IMG/VR virus record: IMGVR_UViG_3300020313_000003
Coordinates: 1 to 40,931 of that record
DNA: 40,931 bases
Source of the DNA: a virus
Taxonomy: Duplodnaviria > Caudoviricetes
Reading direction: 5' to 3' (one strand)
Below the pieces are notes generated by a model. That model was given only the letters and a program-made list of their open reading frames with translations. It searched no databases and had not been told where the DNA came from. Shown here in pieces: positions 1-12,000 of the stretch. Every line of letters starts with the position of its first letter. The stretch's first letter is position 1. The translations under genes and the position numbers were made by a program.

Positions 1-55
1 CTTTGTGCGCCAGAAGAACTAGGCTGCTTCCCTCCAGCCATAACAAGAAGGCTCC
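1..55. repeat. 55-bp direct terminal overlap with 40877-40931 (circular or terminally redundant genome; assembly overlap)
   Basis: ctttgtgcgccagaagaact...aagaaggctcc is identical at both ends of the window. Confidence 0.97.
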
Positions 56-88
56 CAGGCACCAAATCGCCTGGGGGCCTTTCTTTTT
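48..88 (+). terminator. Intrinsic terminator after the capsid operon
   Basis: Stem aaggctcccaggc (48-60) / gcctgggggcctt (69-81) followed by tctttt; lies just downstream of the stop of the last gene (40898) across the circular junction. Confidence 0.85.
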
Positions 89-99
89 GGTTTCTTTCC

Positions 100-108
100 T
101 GGTATAAC
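100..108 (+). promoter_or_regulatory. Possible extended -10 promoter (TGgTATAAC), near-leaderless
   Basis: tggtataac lies 5 nt before ATG 114 and just after the terminator; no Shine-Dalgarno. Confidence 0.35.
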
Positions 109-113
109 CCGGC

Positions 114-797
114 ATGGCCAGTTCCTCCACAGACATTGCCAACTATGCCCTGGCAAAATTAGGCTCCAAGCGCATCCAGGACATCAACGATTCCAACAGC
201 AAGGGCGCCAGGTTGGCCCTGCTCCACTACGACCAGGCCAGGAAATCCCTGCTCCGCCGGCATAGGTGGAACTTCGCCACCCTTCGAGCAGCTCTGACCC
301 AGGATGCTGACGCCCCTGCCTGGGGATACAAATACCAGTATGCTGTTCCTGCTGACTTTATCAGGCTGATGGTGGTCAATAACCAGGATGTGTGGGAGTC
401 CGGAAGGGCTGACTGGTTTGAGCTCGAGGGCTCCGATACCGGGCGCCGGATCCTGATCAATTCTGAGTCTGTCCGGATCAAGTATGTGGGAGACGTAAAC
501 AATACGAACCACTTCGATGACCTGTTTATCGAGGCGCTCTCGTTGTTCCTGGCGGCCAAGATGGCCAGGGCGATGACCGGGTCTGACCGGAAAGAACAGT
601 TGCTCCTGGAGGAGCTCGAGGGCACGGTGCTCCCGGACGCTATGCAGACCAATGCTTCAGAAGCTCACAGTGGAGAGAACCCGCCGGTGATAGACGCTAT
701 TCAAAACTCTTACCTGGTGAGAGCTCGAGGCAGCCGTCACGCCGATGAATGGCCCGAGGGGCCTGATGGAGGAACATATGGCCTTCCGACCGCATGA
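114..797 (+). CDS. Tail tubular protein A (T7 gp11-like adaptor)
   Basis: N-terminal 'DIANYALAKLG', 'LLRRHRWNFA', 'YQYAVPADFIR', 'FDDLFIEALSLFLAAKMA'; position after capsid genes. Confidence 0.85.
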   Translation: MASSSTDIANYALAKLGSKRIQDINDSNSKGARLALLHYDQARKSLLRRHRWNFATLRAALTQDADAPAWGYKYQYAVPADFIRLMVVNNQDVWESGRADWFELEGSDTGRRILINSESVRIKYVGDVNNTNHFDDLFIEALSLFLAAKMARAMTGSDRKEQLLLEELEGTVLPDAMQTNASEAHSGENPPVIDAIQNSYLVRARGSRHADEWPEGPDGGTYGLPTA

Positions 798-3163
798 TAG
801 TCAAATCCCTGGTATCGTTTAACGCTGGCGAATTCAGTCCCTGGTTGGATGCCAGGATAGACCTGGACAAGTATGGATCCGGCTGCCGGCGCCTGGAGAA
901 CTTTATCCTGACGCCCTACGGTGGATGCCGCCGGCGCCCAGGGACCGAGTTTGTGTCTGAGGTCACAACCTCGAGCGAGTCTGCCAGGCTAATTCCTTTC
1001 CGGTTTAACGTCAGCACCAGCTACGTCCTGATCCTGAACGGCGGGAAAATGCAGATAGCAAAGGGCGGGGCGACTCCATCCCTGGTAAAAAGCGGGGACA
1101 CTCCGGTGGAAGTGCTCGATGAACTTGGGCAGTCTTCTATCCCCTGGTCCGAGTCTCAGCTTCGCCAGGTAGCGTATGCCCAGATCAATGATGTAATGTA
1201 TTTGGTGCATCCGGAGGTTTCTCCCAGGAAGCTGGTGAGATCCTCCGAAACATCCTGGTCTCTGACTGAGGTGGACTTCGACTTCCCGCTATACCGGGAC
1301 GAGAACAAGTCGGACATCACTGTCAACCCAAGCGGCACGACTGGCAACATCACCCTAACCGCCTCTGCTGATTTATTCAGCGAGGACATGGTGGGCTCCA
1401 AGATGCAGATAGGGCACGACCGGGCGGCCACCGGATGGGAAGTCAAAATATCTCTGCATGATGATGATGCTACTAGCCCCAACCTTCTTTTGGATTCCGA
1501 CTATCAGCTCACAACAAATGGCACCTGGGATGGAACGGTGAAGCTGCAAAAAAGCCCTGGTGTGGGCGCCGGTTCCTTCACAGATGTCAGGTCGTGGGTG
1601 GGGGCCAACGACCGCAACATAATTTATTCCGGCAAGGAAATAGACGGCATTCATGAATATCGACTATTCTTTGACCACTCCTCCGATGGAGCCAATTCTC
1701 CTAACGCAATCCTGGAGGCCGTGGACCGCACTCTTTACGGGGAAGTAAAAATAACAGGCTACACCAGCCCCACCGAGGTGGCAGCCACTGTGATAAAGCC
1801 CCTGGCTTCTAGTGATGCGACAAAGCGGTGGAGTGAAGGTGCCATGAGCGAAAAGCGCGGCTACCCGGCTGCAATCACCTTCCATGAGAACCGCCTGGTC
1901 CTGGGCGGAATACCAGGGGATCCTCACGCTATCTATGGATCGGTAACCAACGACTACGAAAACTTCGAGAAAGGAACCAACGACGACGAATCCTACCTGC
2001 ACCGGATCCTGTCCGGGGAGCACAACGCCATCCGATGGCTAGTGTCAGAACGGGTTCTCCTGGTAGGAACTGAGGCCGGCGAGTTTGTGATGTCCGGGAC
2101 CGGAGCTGGCGGCCAGGAATCTATGCTTACCCCTAGCAACGTGAAGGCCAGGCGCCATTCCAATTTTGGCAGCGCGGCTATCCAGGCGGTATTCATAAAT
2201 GATTCAGTCCTCTACGCCCAACGGTCAGCCAGGAAAATCCGGGAGTATGGATACGTTTTCGAGCGGGACCGTTACCAGGCAGCGGATATGACTCTCCTGG
2301 GAGAGCACATCACGGGCCTGGGCGTCCAGGAGATGACCTTCCAGGTGCAGCGGGATTCGATCTTGTGGACCATCGTGACCGGGGGAGAGCTTGTGGGGAT
2401 GACTTACGAGAAGGAGCAGAACGTCATGGGTTGGCATAGGCACACGACTCCTGGCGGAGAATTTGAAAGCGTGGCCTGTATTTACGGCGCCAACGAGGAA
2501 GACGAGGTGTGGACCATAGTAAAACGCACCATCGAGGGAACGGAGAAACGCTACATCGAGCGCCTCCGACCGGATCAATACCGAGCCCAACAAAACAAGG
2601 ACAAGGACAACTACTGGTATCTCGATTGCGCCAAGCGGGTGACCGCCGGCGCTACGGAACCAGACCTCACGCAAGTCACCGGCCTGGAGCACCTGGAAGG
2701 GCAGACCGTCAAAGTGATGGTAGACGGGGCCGAGCGAGAAACCAAAACAGTCCAGAGCGGGAGGGTTTCCCTGGCAAAGGGCGGCAGGACGGCCCTGGTG
2801 GGCCTGGCATACACTTCCAGGCTCGAACCCATGAAACTGGACACGCCGCAGCAGAACGGAGCCTCGAGGACCAGGGAGGGCAAGATATGGCGCCTGGGCT
2901 TCCTGGTATGGAACAGCATGGGTGGACATTACGGAGCCAACGCCGATGGGGAGATCAGCTCCGGAGACTACGACCAGATCGTCTACCGGCAAACGGATGC
3001 CCCGATGGACGCCAGCCCTGCCATTTTCGATGGGGAATTTGAGGTGGATTTCGACTCCGACTATGCCGAGTCGGTCACCGTGGGGATCCTGAATGACAGC
3101 GTCTACCCGATGGCGGTCCTGGCACTCTTCCCGAAACTGAAATATTACGGCGACCAGGACTGA
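794..3163 (+). CDS. Tail tubular protein B / nozzle (T7 gp12-like)
   Basis: 'SFNAGEFSP..ARIDL.KY..GC..LENF...PYGG..RRPGT' start, 'GYPAAITFHENRL', 'GWHRH'; 789 aa, follows tubular A. Confidence 0.9.
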   Translation: MIVKSLVSFNAGEFSPWLDARIDLDKYGSGCRRLENFILTPYGGCRRRPGTEFVSEVTTSSESARLIPFRFNVSTSYVLILNGGKMQIAKGGATPSLVKSGDTPVEVLDELGQSSIPWSESQLRQVAYAQINDVMYLVHPEVSPRKLVRSSETSWSLTEVDFDFPLYRDENKSDITVNPSGTTGNITLTASADLFSEDMVGSKMQIGHDRAATGWEVKISLHDDDATSPNLLLDSDYQLTTNGTWDGTVKLQKSPGVGAGSFTDVRSWVGANDRNIIYSGKEIDGIHEYRLFFDHSSDGANSPNAILEAVDRTLYGEVKITGYTSPTEVAATVIKPLASSDATKRWSEGAMSEKRGYPAAITFHENRLVLGGIPGDPHAIYGSVTNDYENFEKGTNDDESYLHRILSGEHNAIRWLVSERVLLVGTEAGEFVMSGTGAGGQESMLTPSNVKARRHSNFGSAAIQAVFINDSVLYAQRSARKIREYGYVFERDRYQAADMTLLGEHITGLGVQEMTFQVQRDSILWTIVTGGELVGMTYEKEQNVMGWHRHTTPGGEFESVACIYGANEEDEVWTIVKRTIEGTEKRYIERLRPDQYRAQQNKDKDNYWYLDCAKRVTAGATEPDLTQVTGLEHLEGQTVKVMVDGAERETKTVQSGRVSLAKGGRTALVGLAYTSRLEPMKLDTPQQNGASRTREGKIWRLGFLVWNSMGGHYGANADGEISSGDYDQIVYRQTDAPMDASPAIFDGEFEVDFDSDYAESVTVGILNDSVYPMAVLALFPKLKYYGDQD

Positions 3164-3170
3164 ACTCTGA

Positions 3171-3590
3171 ATGGAGGTTTGCCAGTATAGCCGCAAAAAG
3201 CACGGCCAGGAACTGTGGTCCTGGTGGATGCAAAGGGACGACGAGGACTACGATTGCCTGGACCTGCTCCCAATGGTTGACCAGGACAACGGCCACGGGT
3301 GCGTGGTGAGCGACGAAACTGGCCCGATAGTAGCGGTTTTTGCCATGATGACCGTGGGTGTGGGCATCGCCTGGTTTGAGAGATTTGTCAGCCGCCCTGG
3401 GCTCCATTACAAAAAGACCAGGGAAGCCGGCGCCCTGGCTTATGGGTGGCTGGAAGCCTATGTGAAAGAGCTGGACTACCACCTGTCCTACGCTCACCTG
3501 GGGGATGTGCGTATGGGCCGGGAGCTTTCCAGGTTGGGGTTTGTAGAAATGGGTAGAAATATGTTACTAATGGCCAAGAACCTCGACTGA
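3171..3590 (+). CDS. Putative GNAT-like protein (T7 gp13 position)
   Basis: Synteny between nozzle and internal virion genes; C-terminal 'LSRLGFVE' typical of GNAT folds. Confidence 0.5.
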   Translation: MEVCQYSRKKHGQELWSWWMQRDDEDYDCLDLLPMVDQDNGHGCVVSDETGPIVAVFAMMTVGVGIAWFERFVSRPGLHYKKTREAGALAYGWLEAYVKELDYHLSYAHLGDVRMGRELSRLGFVEMGRNMLLMAKNLD

Positions 3591-3595
3591 CGCTT

Positions 3596-4090
3596 ATGGG
3601 ATTACCAATGATTGCAGCGATAGCCAGCCTGGCCGGAACCGGAATATCAGCCTACGGGCAGATCCAGGCTGGCAAGGCCGCCAAGGAGGCAGGCAAAGCG
3701 GCCCAGGCAAACGCCGCAGCGGCCAACAAACAAGCAGCCGATGAAAGCCGGGAGCGGATGTCCAGGATGAGGGCTATGCACCAGCAAAAGATGGGGCGTC
3801 TGCGAGCCTCTGGGGGGAAATCGGGGATTGATATTGGCAGCGGATCCTTTGAAGACCTGCTCGAGGAATCGTCCCAGAGGATGGAGCTTTCGGTTTATGA
3901 CGAGCACTACCGAAACACGATGGATATGAGGCGCCGGCAATACAAGGGAGACCTGGCCGCCTGGGAAGGCCGACAACAGCAAACATCCCAGACCCTTCGA
4001 GGGTTCGGAACTTTGCTTACGGGCGTTGGGAGAACCGCCCACCAGTTGCACCAGGCAGGAATGACAGGAATGAGCTCCGGAACCGCATAG
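3596..4090 (+). CDS. Internal virion (ejection) protein, gp14-like
   Basis: Ala/Gly-rich hydrophobic N-terminus 'AAIASLAGTGISAYGQIQAG', 'SGIDIGSGS', helical; synteny. Confidence 0.7.
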   Translation: MGLPMIAAIASLAGTGISAYGQIQAGKAAKEAGKAAQANAAAANKQAADESRERMSRMRAMHQQKMGRLRASGGKSGIDIGSGSFEDLLEESSQRMELSVYDEHYRNTMDMRRRQYKGDLAAWEGRQQQTSQTLRGFGTLLTGVGRTAHQLHQAGMTGMSSGTA

Positions 4091-4094
4091 CCCG

Positions 4095-6002
4095 ATGCCC
4101 AAGAGAGAGAACCTTCCGGACGTTCCCAACGCCGCAAAAATCGAACAGGGGCCAAGTATGTCCGCTGCTATGGCGCCGGCCCTGGGCCTGGCAGCCCTGG
4201 GAGGAGACATTGCGCAAACCGCCACCGGGATCCACCGAGATGCAATCCGGACCCAGGACATGAAGGACAAGGGGCACTTGTCTGATGTCAGGCACCAAAT
4301 GTCCCTGGCCCAGGATGAGCACGAAGCCTACCGGAAAATCTCATCCCCTGACACCTGGCAGCACGACTGGAATACCAGGGTAGAAAACGTCAAGCGCCAC
4401 GCCCTGGGGGATCCGGAAAACCCGGTCAGCTTGCTTACCCCTAATTACGAGCGCCTGGAGCGCATGATGGAGCACTGGCAGGAGCGTGGCCATGCAGATG
4501 TGGCAGGGGCTACCCAGGCGGCGGAGCTGCGACACGCCACGGACATGATCAAAGGCAATATTCGTCATGCCGTTGCCAACGGAAATTTTGAGGAAGCCTG
4601 GGAGCAGGCATCCTTTATTGATGACCGCCAAGCCCAAGAGAAAGCAGGCCAATATATTTCCCATGCGGAACAGGCACAAAGCAAAGCCAACGACCGAGCT
4701 GATTACATCGAAGGCTCAGTTGGCCCTGGTTACGCCGTTGCACTAGAAGAGCTAGAAAAAGACACCCGGTTTCCCGAGGCAGACAAAGCCTCAATTCGTC
4801 GCAGCATGGAAATCACCAAAAGAAAAACTGACGACGAACTGCTGGACGAAATCACCGACAAAATCAAGGCGGGGGAAATCACAGTTGACCAACTGGAAAC
4901 AGAAGTTCCAGAGCATATTTTACCAGAGACCAGGAGAAAGTTTATCGAAGCGGTCAAGCGCCGTGCAGACCCCCTGGAGGAATCCACCCTGGCTGAAATT
5001 AGGAATGGGGTTCATGGCTTGATGAGCAAGTTTTTCAAGTTGCGCCAGGAGAATAGCGGCGTCGAGCTGGATCAAAAATACCTGGAAGCCAGGCAAGCAT
5101 TCAAAGAACAGCACATCACGCCCAACCAGTTGAACGAGTCCTTCAAAGACAATGTAGAAGGGCTATGGAAGAAAAGCGGCATCGACAGCATGAAACAAAT
5201 GGCCGCCGCCCTGGACGCGAACCCAAAAGAGTTTACTCACCCGCTACACGTTCAAAAACAAGCGGCATCACTAGAAGCCAGCCTCGATGAGCACTTTGAC
5301 GACAAAGGGGCTATAGGCAAAATAATGAAAGGAAATTGGGGGCCTGATAACAAGAAAGGCACCGACGATGACGTTCTTCCTATCCAGGAAGTCCTGGGCC
5401 TTACTCCCAATCAAGCTCGCCATGAGTTTGAAGAAGACCTGGAAAGACTAGTTACCGGAAACTGGGATCTGTCCAGGCAGCCCAATGGCGCAACAGAGCT
5501 ATGGAAGATTTGGGCTGCTGAGAAAAAAATGAGAATGGGAAGATCCGATATCCTCAGTCGTCTGTATTGGCCACCAGGAGGGCGCAATTTTGCCGAGATG
5601 CTCAGAAGGGCAGAGTTCACAAAAGAGGATTTGGCTAACTGGCAAGGTGCCGGGGTCGATGAAAAGAACAGCATACTGATTAAATTGCGGAGACGGGCTG
5701 GCGTTGCTGAAAAAGGGGAAGACGCCCAGGGGCGGCGCATGGCAGATGTTCACCTGGACCTGGAAGGCAAGAAAATCCCCAACCCTCTAGGGCATGGCAT
5801 TGGAGAAAAGGACAAGGAAGCAATCATGTCATTTGTGGCAAATGACTTAGACGTTCCCGAGCCTGAAGAGCGGACCAAAGACGAGATAGCAGAGGAAGCT
5901 GCAAAGTTGGAATTTAACCAGCAGCGTATGCTTCCGGGAGAAAGGCTCCTCCCAGGCCGGGGAACTCTTGTGCCTCCCAACCTTCCATTCCAGTCAGACT
6001 AA
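4095..6002 (+). CDS. Internal virion (ejection) protein, gp15-like
   Basis: 635-aa helical protein between the gp14-like gene and the giant internal protein. Confidence 0.55.
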   Translation: MPKRENLPDVPNAAKIEQGPSMSAAMAPALGLAALGGDIAQTATGIHRDAIRTQDMKDKGHLSDVRHQMSLAQDEHEAYRKISSPDTWQHDWNTRVENVKRHALGDPENPVSLLTPNYERLERMMEHWQERGHADVAGATQAAELRHATDMIKGNIRHAVANGNFEEAWEQASFIDDRQAQEKAGQYISHAEQAQSKANDRADYIEGSVGPGYAVALEELEKDTRFPEADKASIRRSMEITKRKTDDELLDEITDKIKAGEITVDQLETEVPEHILPETRRKFIEAVKRRADPLEESTLAEIRNGVHGLMSKFFKLRQENSGVELDQKYLEARQAFKEQHITPNQLNESFKDNVEGLWKKSGIDSMKQMAAALDANPKEFTHPLHVQKQAASLEASLDEHFDDKGAIGKIMKGNWGPDNKKGTDDDVLPIQEVLGLTPNQARHEFEEDLERLVTGNWDLSRQPNGATELWKIWAAEKKMRMGRSDILSRLYWPPGGRNFAEMLRRAEFTKEDLANWQGAGVDEKNSILIKLRRRAGVAEKGEDAQGRRMADVHLDLEGKKIPNPLGHGIGEKDKEAIMSFVANDLDVPEPEERTKDEIAEEAAKLEFNQQRMLPGERLLPGRGTLVPPNLPFQSD

Positions 6003-6004
6003 CC

Positions 6005-9000
6005 ATGTCCAGCCCTTTCATGATGGCCCAAGCAGCCGCTGGCCAAGAAGAAGAAGAAGAAGCATCCTGGGCTCCCAAGCGAACAGGACTTCCTGGGCTT
6101 TTGCTTGGAGATGATCGAGAATTTGCCGAAGAGCTCAAAAAGCGAGGATTGCTAGAAGATTACCAGGGGCTTCTGGGTTTATTTGGCGGATCTCCTGCTC
6201 TTGGAGATGACCCCTTGTGGCTCAAGAAAAAATACCAGGAGAAAGCGGCTTTCCAGGAGATTTCTCCAAACCTTCCTACAGAAGTGGCCGCCGCCGGCTA
6301 CGCGGCAATGAACAACCTGGACGCGGACGACCTTTCTGGGCGGATAGCCGCTTTGACCAAGGAAGCCCAGAAGCTAGACACCGAAGATAAGATTTTCAGC
6401 AAAGCCCTGACTGACGCATCCCTGGCGTTTTTAGCAGGGAGCCCCCAGGACGTTGAAAAGATCAAGGAGCTCCAGGGCAGAGCCACAACAGAGTTCGAAA
6501 AGCCTTTTGCCACCAGGGGATGGAAGTATGGCAGGGAAAGAGCAGCCGGGTATTTTACCGGGGAGATCCCGGCCAGGGCTCGCCAGGCAGTAGGGCTCCT
6601 TCGCCTGGCTATGGGCGAGACTACCGAGAATTTGCCCTGGGACATTCCCGAAGAAGCCAAGGGCCTGGACGATGTCATGGAAGACCTGGCGTCCTGGGCC
6701 ATTAACCAATCGGAAGACGACCTCAACAAATGGCAACAGGCCGTCAAGATGCTTGCCGAGTCTGAGCTGGTAGGGGCAGTAGAGCCTGGATTCTGGGGCA
6801 GAGCCAACCAGATACTGAACCAACCCCTAGCCAAATCAGCCTCCGCAATAGGAGCTGCAAACGTCCAGTTTCAGTCAAAGATCGCAGAGGGCCTGGAATT
6901 GATGACCGGCGACCTGGTGAAAAAACTACCAGGGTGGGCGACCTCCGAAAGCCTCCAAAAAGGAGCCGACTGGTGGTCATTCCGGCAACGGATGTGGAAC
7001 TTCCTGGACCAGGACATCGCGCCCTGGGTCGATATGGAAGAAGCCGGGATAGTGAAAAAGGGCCTTTATGCCGCTTACGAGTCCGCTCCTTTTTTCGCAA
7101 TGGCTGCCCTGGGAGGGCCAATGGGCCTGGCAAGTGGCGGCATGATGGAGGCCGGCATGGTAGACCTGGAGCTGCGACAGCGATACGGAGATGACATCGA
7201 CCCGGCAGCCAGGAACGCAATCGCCCTGGGAACTGGCGCAATCAACGCCGCCCTGGAGAGATGGGCCTGGAAAGGAACAGCCTGGGCCGGACGCTCCGCC
7301 GGGAAAAACTTGATCAACCCGGTTTACCAGGCACTAAGGGCAAAGAATATGCGAGCGGCCTTAACCAGGGCCGGCGTAAAGGGCGTAGCAGCCAGGGCCA
7401 CCAGGGGATTTGGCGCCCTGGCAGGAGCCACCGCTATCGAGTTTGCAGAAGAAAGCGTCCAGGATTTAACCAGCGCAGCCCTGTCAGAGGTGGCAAACGT
7501 AGTAGTGCCAGACCTGATGCCAGAGCATTCCTGGCGCGAACACATAAAAGAATGGAACAACCATCATGGCGTCAGGCTGTTTGCCGTCTTGCCTTACGCT
7601 ATCCTGGGCGCCGGCGGTCGCGCATATGTCCAGCGCAGCAACATAGATGAGTTGCGCGGAATGCTGAGTGACACGGAAGGGCTCCGGGAGTCGGGAGTAT
7701 TTACCAGCGAAGAGGAGCTCAAAGAGTTTGCCGAGGAGGCCAAGTCCGACCCGGTGGTGGCGGCAGATAACTTCCAGGAACGATACGAAGAAGGCACCGG
7801 AGAGACCAGGAACGCCAACCGGGACAACCTGACGAACTCCCAGGCAAGAGCCCAGGCAGAAGAAACCGGTGAAATCATCGTAAACCAACAAGCCACCGAA
7901 GGCTACCAGGTGATCATCCCTGGGCAGGAATCAATCCATGCCAACACCATAGTCGAGGCCCAGGAGGTAGCAGCCCTGGCCCAACTGGCCAAAGATGCTG
8001 GAACGCTTTCAAAACTCCCCGACCTGATCAAGCAGCACCAGGAAGCCAAGGTTGCCAAAGAGCCAGACGACTTGGAGACAGCCACCAATCGTGTAGAGGC
8101 GGAACGGACAGAGGCAATAGAGGAACAAGCCGAAGCCGAAAAAGCCCGGCGCCCAATGACAGTAGTCGATGTGCTAACCGGTGAAGAACGGATCGCCAAG
8201 CCAAACGAAGTCACCGAGGAGCGCAAAAAAGCCTGGGAGGCCGAGCACGGACTACCCTTTGTGGGAGACGTTGCCATCCTTGGCGCCACCGAAATAGGAC
8301 TGGCCCCTGGCCCCAACCTTCCCCACGTTCGAGGAGGGAAAGCAGGAGTGGCACACGCGGTCATTAAATTATACCGAGGCGCCAGCCCGGTCACGTTTAC
8401 CGAGGAACAGGCGGAAGGCTTCTTGAGGGTCTCCCTGAAGAATGGTGATATAGAGCTCGAGGATGCCCGTCAGCGGCTCGCAGCCCTGGGCAGGGATCTT
8501 GGAATGGACTTTGCCCTGGATACCACGGAGGGCGTCATAGAGTCGTTTTCAGAACTGGCGGTCGCATACGTTTCTGGCTCCCTTACCCCGGAAGACCTCC
8601 AGCGTTTACCAGGGAAGTTTGCTAACTGGCTGCGAAAGTTTGCCGAGTTCCTGGCAAATAGCCTCCGCATGGTCCGGGGCCTGAGAGAATACAGGGAGAT
8701 GGGAGAACTCGACTCCACCCTGGAAGGTTGGGTGCGTGAAGCAGTCGGCCTGAATCCTCTCCAGGCAATGGAAGAAACAGTCGAGGAGCAGGTAGAGCAG
8801 CTCGAGGAGGACAGCGCCGCCCAGGAAACTCCGTTCCAGGGATACACCCTGGACGAAATCATAATCCCTGACGATGTCCGGGAGGCTATCGCTGAAATGG
8901 CCCAGGCGGCTGACGAGCGGTTTATGGCGTCAGATGAAATCATCATGGCGCAGTCTGAGGAAGAGGCTCAAGCGTTTGCCGCAAGCGCCTACGACATGGA

Positions 9001-12000
9001 AAGAGCAGCCCTGGATGAGCAAATAGCCTGGGAGCGGCAATACTACTCAGAGCCTACGGCTGAAGAGATCCAGGAATTTTATGATGAACAGCGAGCAGAC
9101 GCCGCTTTCTATGAGCAAGGGCGGAGAAGGGAGCAGCTTGAAGCAGAGCTTGGGGGTTTAACCAGTTGGAAAGACAGCCAATTTTACGATGCGTTTATTG
9201 GCCCTGGCGCCAGCTATGTGCTGTCGAAAAACCGAGCCAAAACGCTAGGCAAATGGGATCCAAAGTATGGGCCACATGGCGAGTGGGACAGCCAGCCACA
9301 AGGCGTCAAAAGAATCAAGGGAGGGAAAACGGTAAAGGGTAAAAAGAAAGTAGCTCACGCGGCATCAGAGGTTCCACAGTATTACTTCAAAGACTTGTGG
9401 GCGCCAAAAGGCACTCCCGCCGATCAGCTTTATTTCCCGTCTGACCTGGGCCACCTGGCCTACAACCAGTCAGATCAACTAGGAAACCGCCAACCTATCG
9501 AAGGCACTACAAGCCCAGACGCCGCAGGATTTTGGGCAGCGTTTGTATATGCGGTCGATCAAGACCAAAGAAGGATTGAAATTGAAAACGAACTGGAAGA
9601 GATGGAACGGGAAGCCGGCCTGGAAAAGGTCTCTCCTACATTCTCTATTGCCCCGAAGGGGGCTGGCCTCGAGGAGATCCGCGCCAACGCCGATAAACAA
9701 GCAGAGCAAGAGCACCAGGAAAGAATCCTTCCGGAAACTCCGTTTGGCGACCAACCATACAACCGTGTAGCCGAATACTATGATATCGAAACCCACGACC
9801 CGGCGAGGCGTTCCTGGAGGCCGGCGGGTATAGGTTATGCGGGTTATCAGTATACTCGTCATGATTTTGCCGGACAAGCAATCGACCCAAATTCTGTTGG
9901 GGGCTATGCTTTCATGCCCAGGCGCCATGAGTATTTCGTGAAGCTCCAGGAGCAATTTGAGAAAGAAGCGCCGGTCAGGGATGATCGAGTTGCCCAAAAG
10001 ATTGGAGGCCAGTGGGTGTTTCCTCCTAATAAAATCACACACGAAGATTACGAGGAGTGGTTTCAGCAAAAGATAAGAGATGGAGAAGTGCCTATCCTAC
10101 GAACTGTTCCATTCAAGTTTACCTCCCTGGCCGACTCTCTCCAGGCTATGGGCGGCGTCATGACTCGAGCCGAAGCAAAAAGGGCCGGCCTGACCCAGGC
10201 ACAGCTTGACCGCGAATACGGCAACGTCATCCCGGTAGACCAGATCCCCCCTCACTTGCGGTCTATTATTTTCGGGGAAGCCCGGTTTGCGGAAAGCCTG
10301 GCAAGCGAAGCGACCGATAAGAGAGCCCTGGAAAGCAGAGGAACCTCCACGCGAGCTAAAACAAAACGCCTTCCAAGTGAAATTGCGGCGGAACTAAGCA
10401 ATCCCGAGTCACCGTTTTTTCCCAGGAACAAGGTCATCCCAGAGCTCCTGGGCCGCATAGAAAAAAACATGGCATACGTCTGGAAAGATAGAGGGGTTAA
10501 CCAGGAGCAGGAATTAGATATCCGCGCCAGGCGAGACAACAACACCCAGGACAAGCCCGAAACATACGACCCCATTTTTGAAAAAGCCGTTGACCAGTGG
10601 GGGGAGAAAACAGAGACGCCTGGGGCATACGAGTTCTGGGATGCGATTCGATACCGGATGCCGGAAGCGTTTATAGCGTTTCCCAGGTCGCCCAAAGCGC
10701 GACCAAAAGACAAAGGCGGCCCCAGGAGCGACTTCAGATACGAGCCGCTCTATGGCAAAACGTCACAAGCCCAGACTGAGCAGGGAGAGCTGACGTTCAG
10801 TATAGCGCCGTCCAGGATGACTCCAGGCGACAGCACCAGGGTAATCGTTACCCAGGAGCAAACCCTGGTAGGACCAGCAACCTTTGCCATCGCCGGTTAT
10901 CACGGGACGCGCCACAAAATCCCCAAGTTTGAAATGGACAAAGTGGGCCAAGGAATTGGCGCCCAGGTATGGGGATACGGCCTGTATTTTGGAGGAGCTC
11001 GAGACATTGGAGAAGACTACGCCCAGATGATGGCGAACCAGCATTCTCCCTACGCGGTGTCTTTTCGCAAAGGCCAGGAGATCCCTACCGTTCCTCCTTC
11101 TCCATTGCTTCCAGACAACACTTATGACGTTGGCCCCAACTGGTTTGTCAAAGACACCAGGACAGACGAACGGGTCACCGACTACATGACAGTCGATGAG
11201 GCTGACGAAGCCTTTGACCGCCTGAGCCTGGAGGCGATGAATCAATACAAGGTCGAGCTGGATGTGGAGCCTGAGCAGTTACTCTTTGCCGACACCCCGT
11301 TTTCTCAGCAGAGCGAGTTTGTCCAGGAGACCCTTCGCAAGATTATCCCGGCCTGGACCCGATTTCTTCCAGAAGGCCAAGGCATAGTAGTGGACGGCTC
11401 TACCTGGGAAGACCGCTCGCACGTTTACCCGTTTGACGACGAGCACGTTAAAACGCTGCTCCAACTCACTTACGACGAGGAGATGGACAGTTACAAAATG
11501 CCAGACGGGACGTATGTAAACATTACCCAATGGGCGCAAAGCAAAGGCATGATAGCCAGGAAGGTTTCCGAGGCTTTACTAAGCGCCGGCATCAAAGGGA
11601 TTGCCTACGAGGAAGGGACTGCTGCAAGAGCCCTGGACAGAGCAATGATGCGCCGGCGCAAATCAATGCGAAGCGGCCAGGGGCATCCTCTCTATGATCC
11701 AGGAGCCGCAGAAAGGTGGCAGGATCTCCCGGACGCCCAGAGCTACGTCATTTTTGATGAAAACGACATCAAGATCTTGGAGGAGAATGGCAAACCAATC
11801 GCCCTGGAAAACCACCAGGTGACGTATGCTGTAGCGCCCAGGCACACGCCACCGCCAGGAGCCGAGGTCAACCAGGTGGAGTTGAAGAAGAAAGGCAAGC
11901 CCACCAAGATCGGGCCGCTTCCGACCTGGACCGTTCCAAAAGACACCAAGCAGTCCCTGGGCAAAAAGATCCTGGCAGCAAACCACGCAAAAGACGGGAT

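Noticed and set aside
2225-3196. 323-aa minus-strand ORF
   Set aside because: Antisense shadow of the nozzle gene in GC-rich DNA; no motifs
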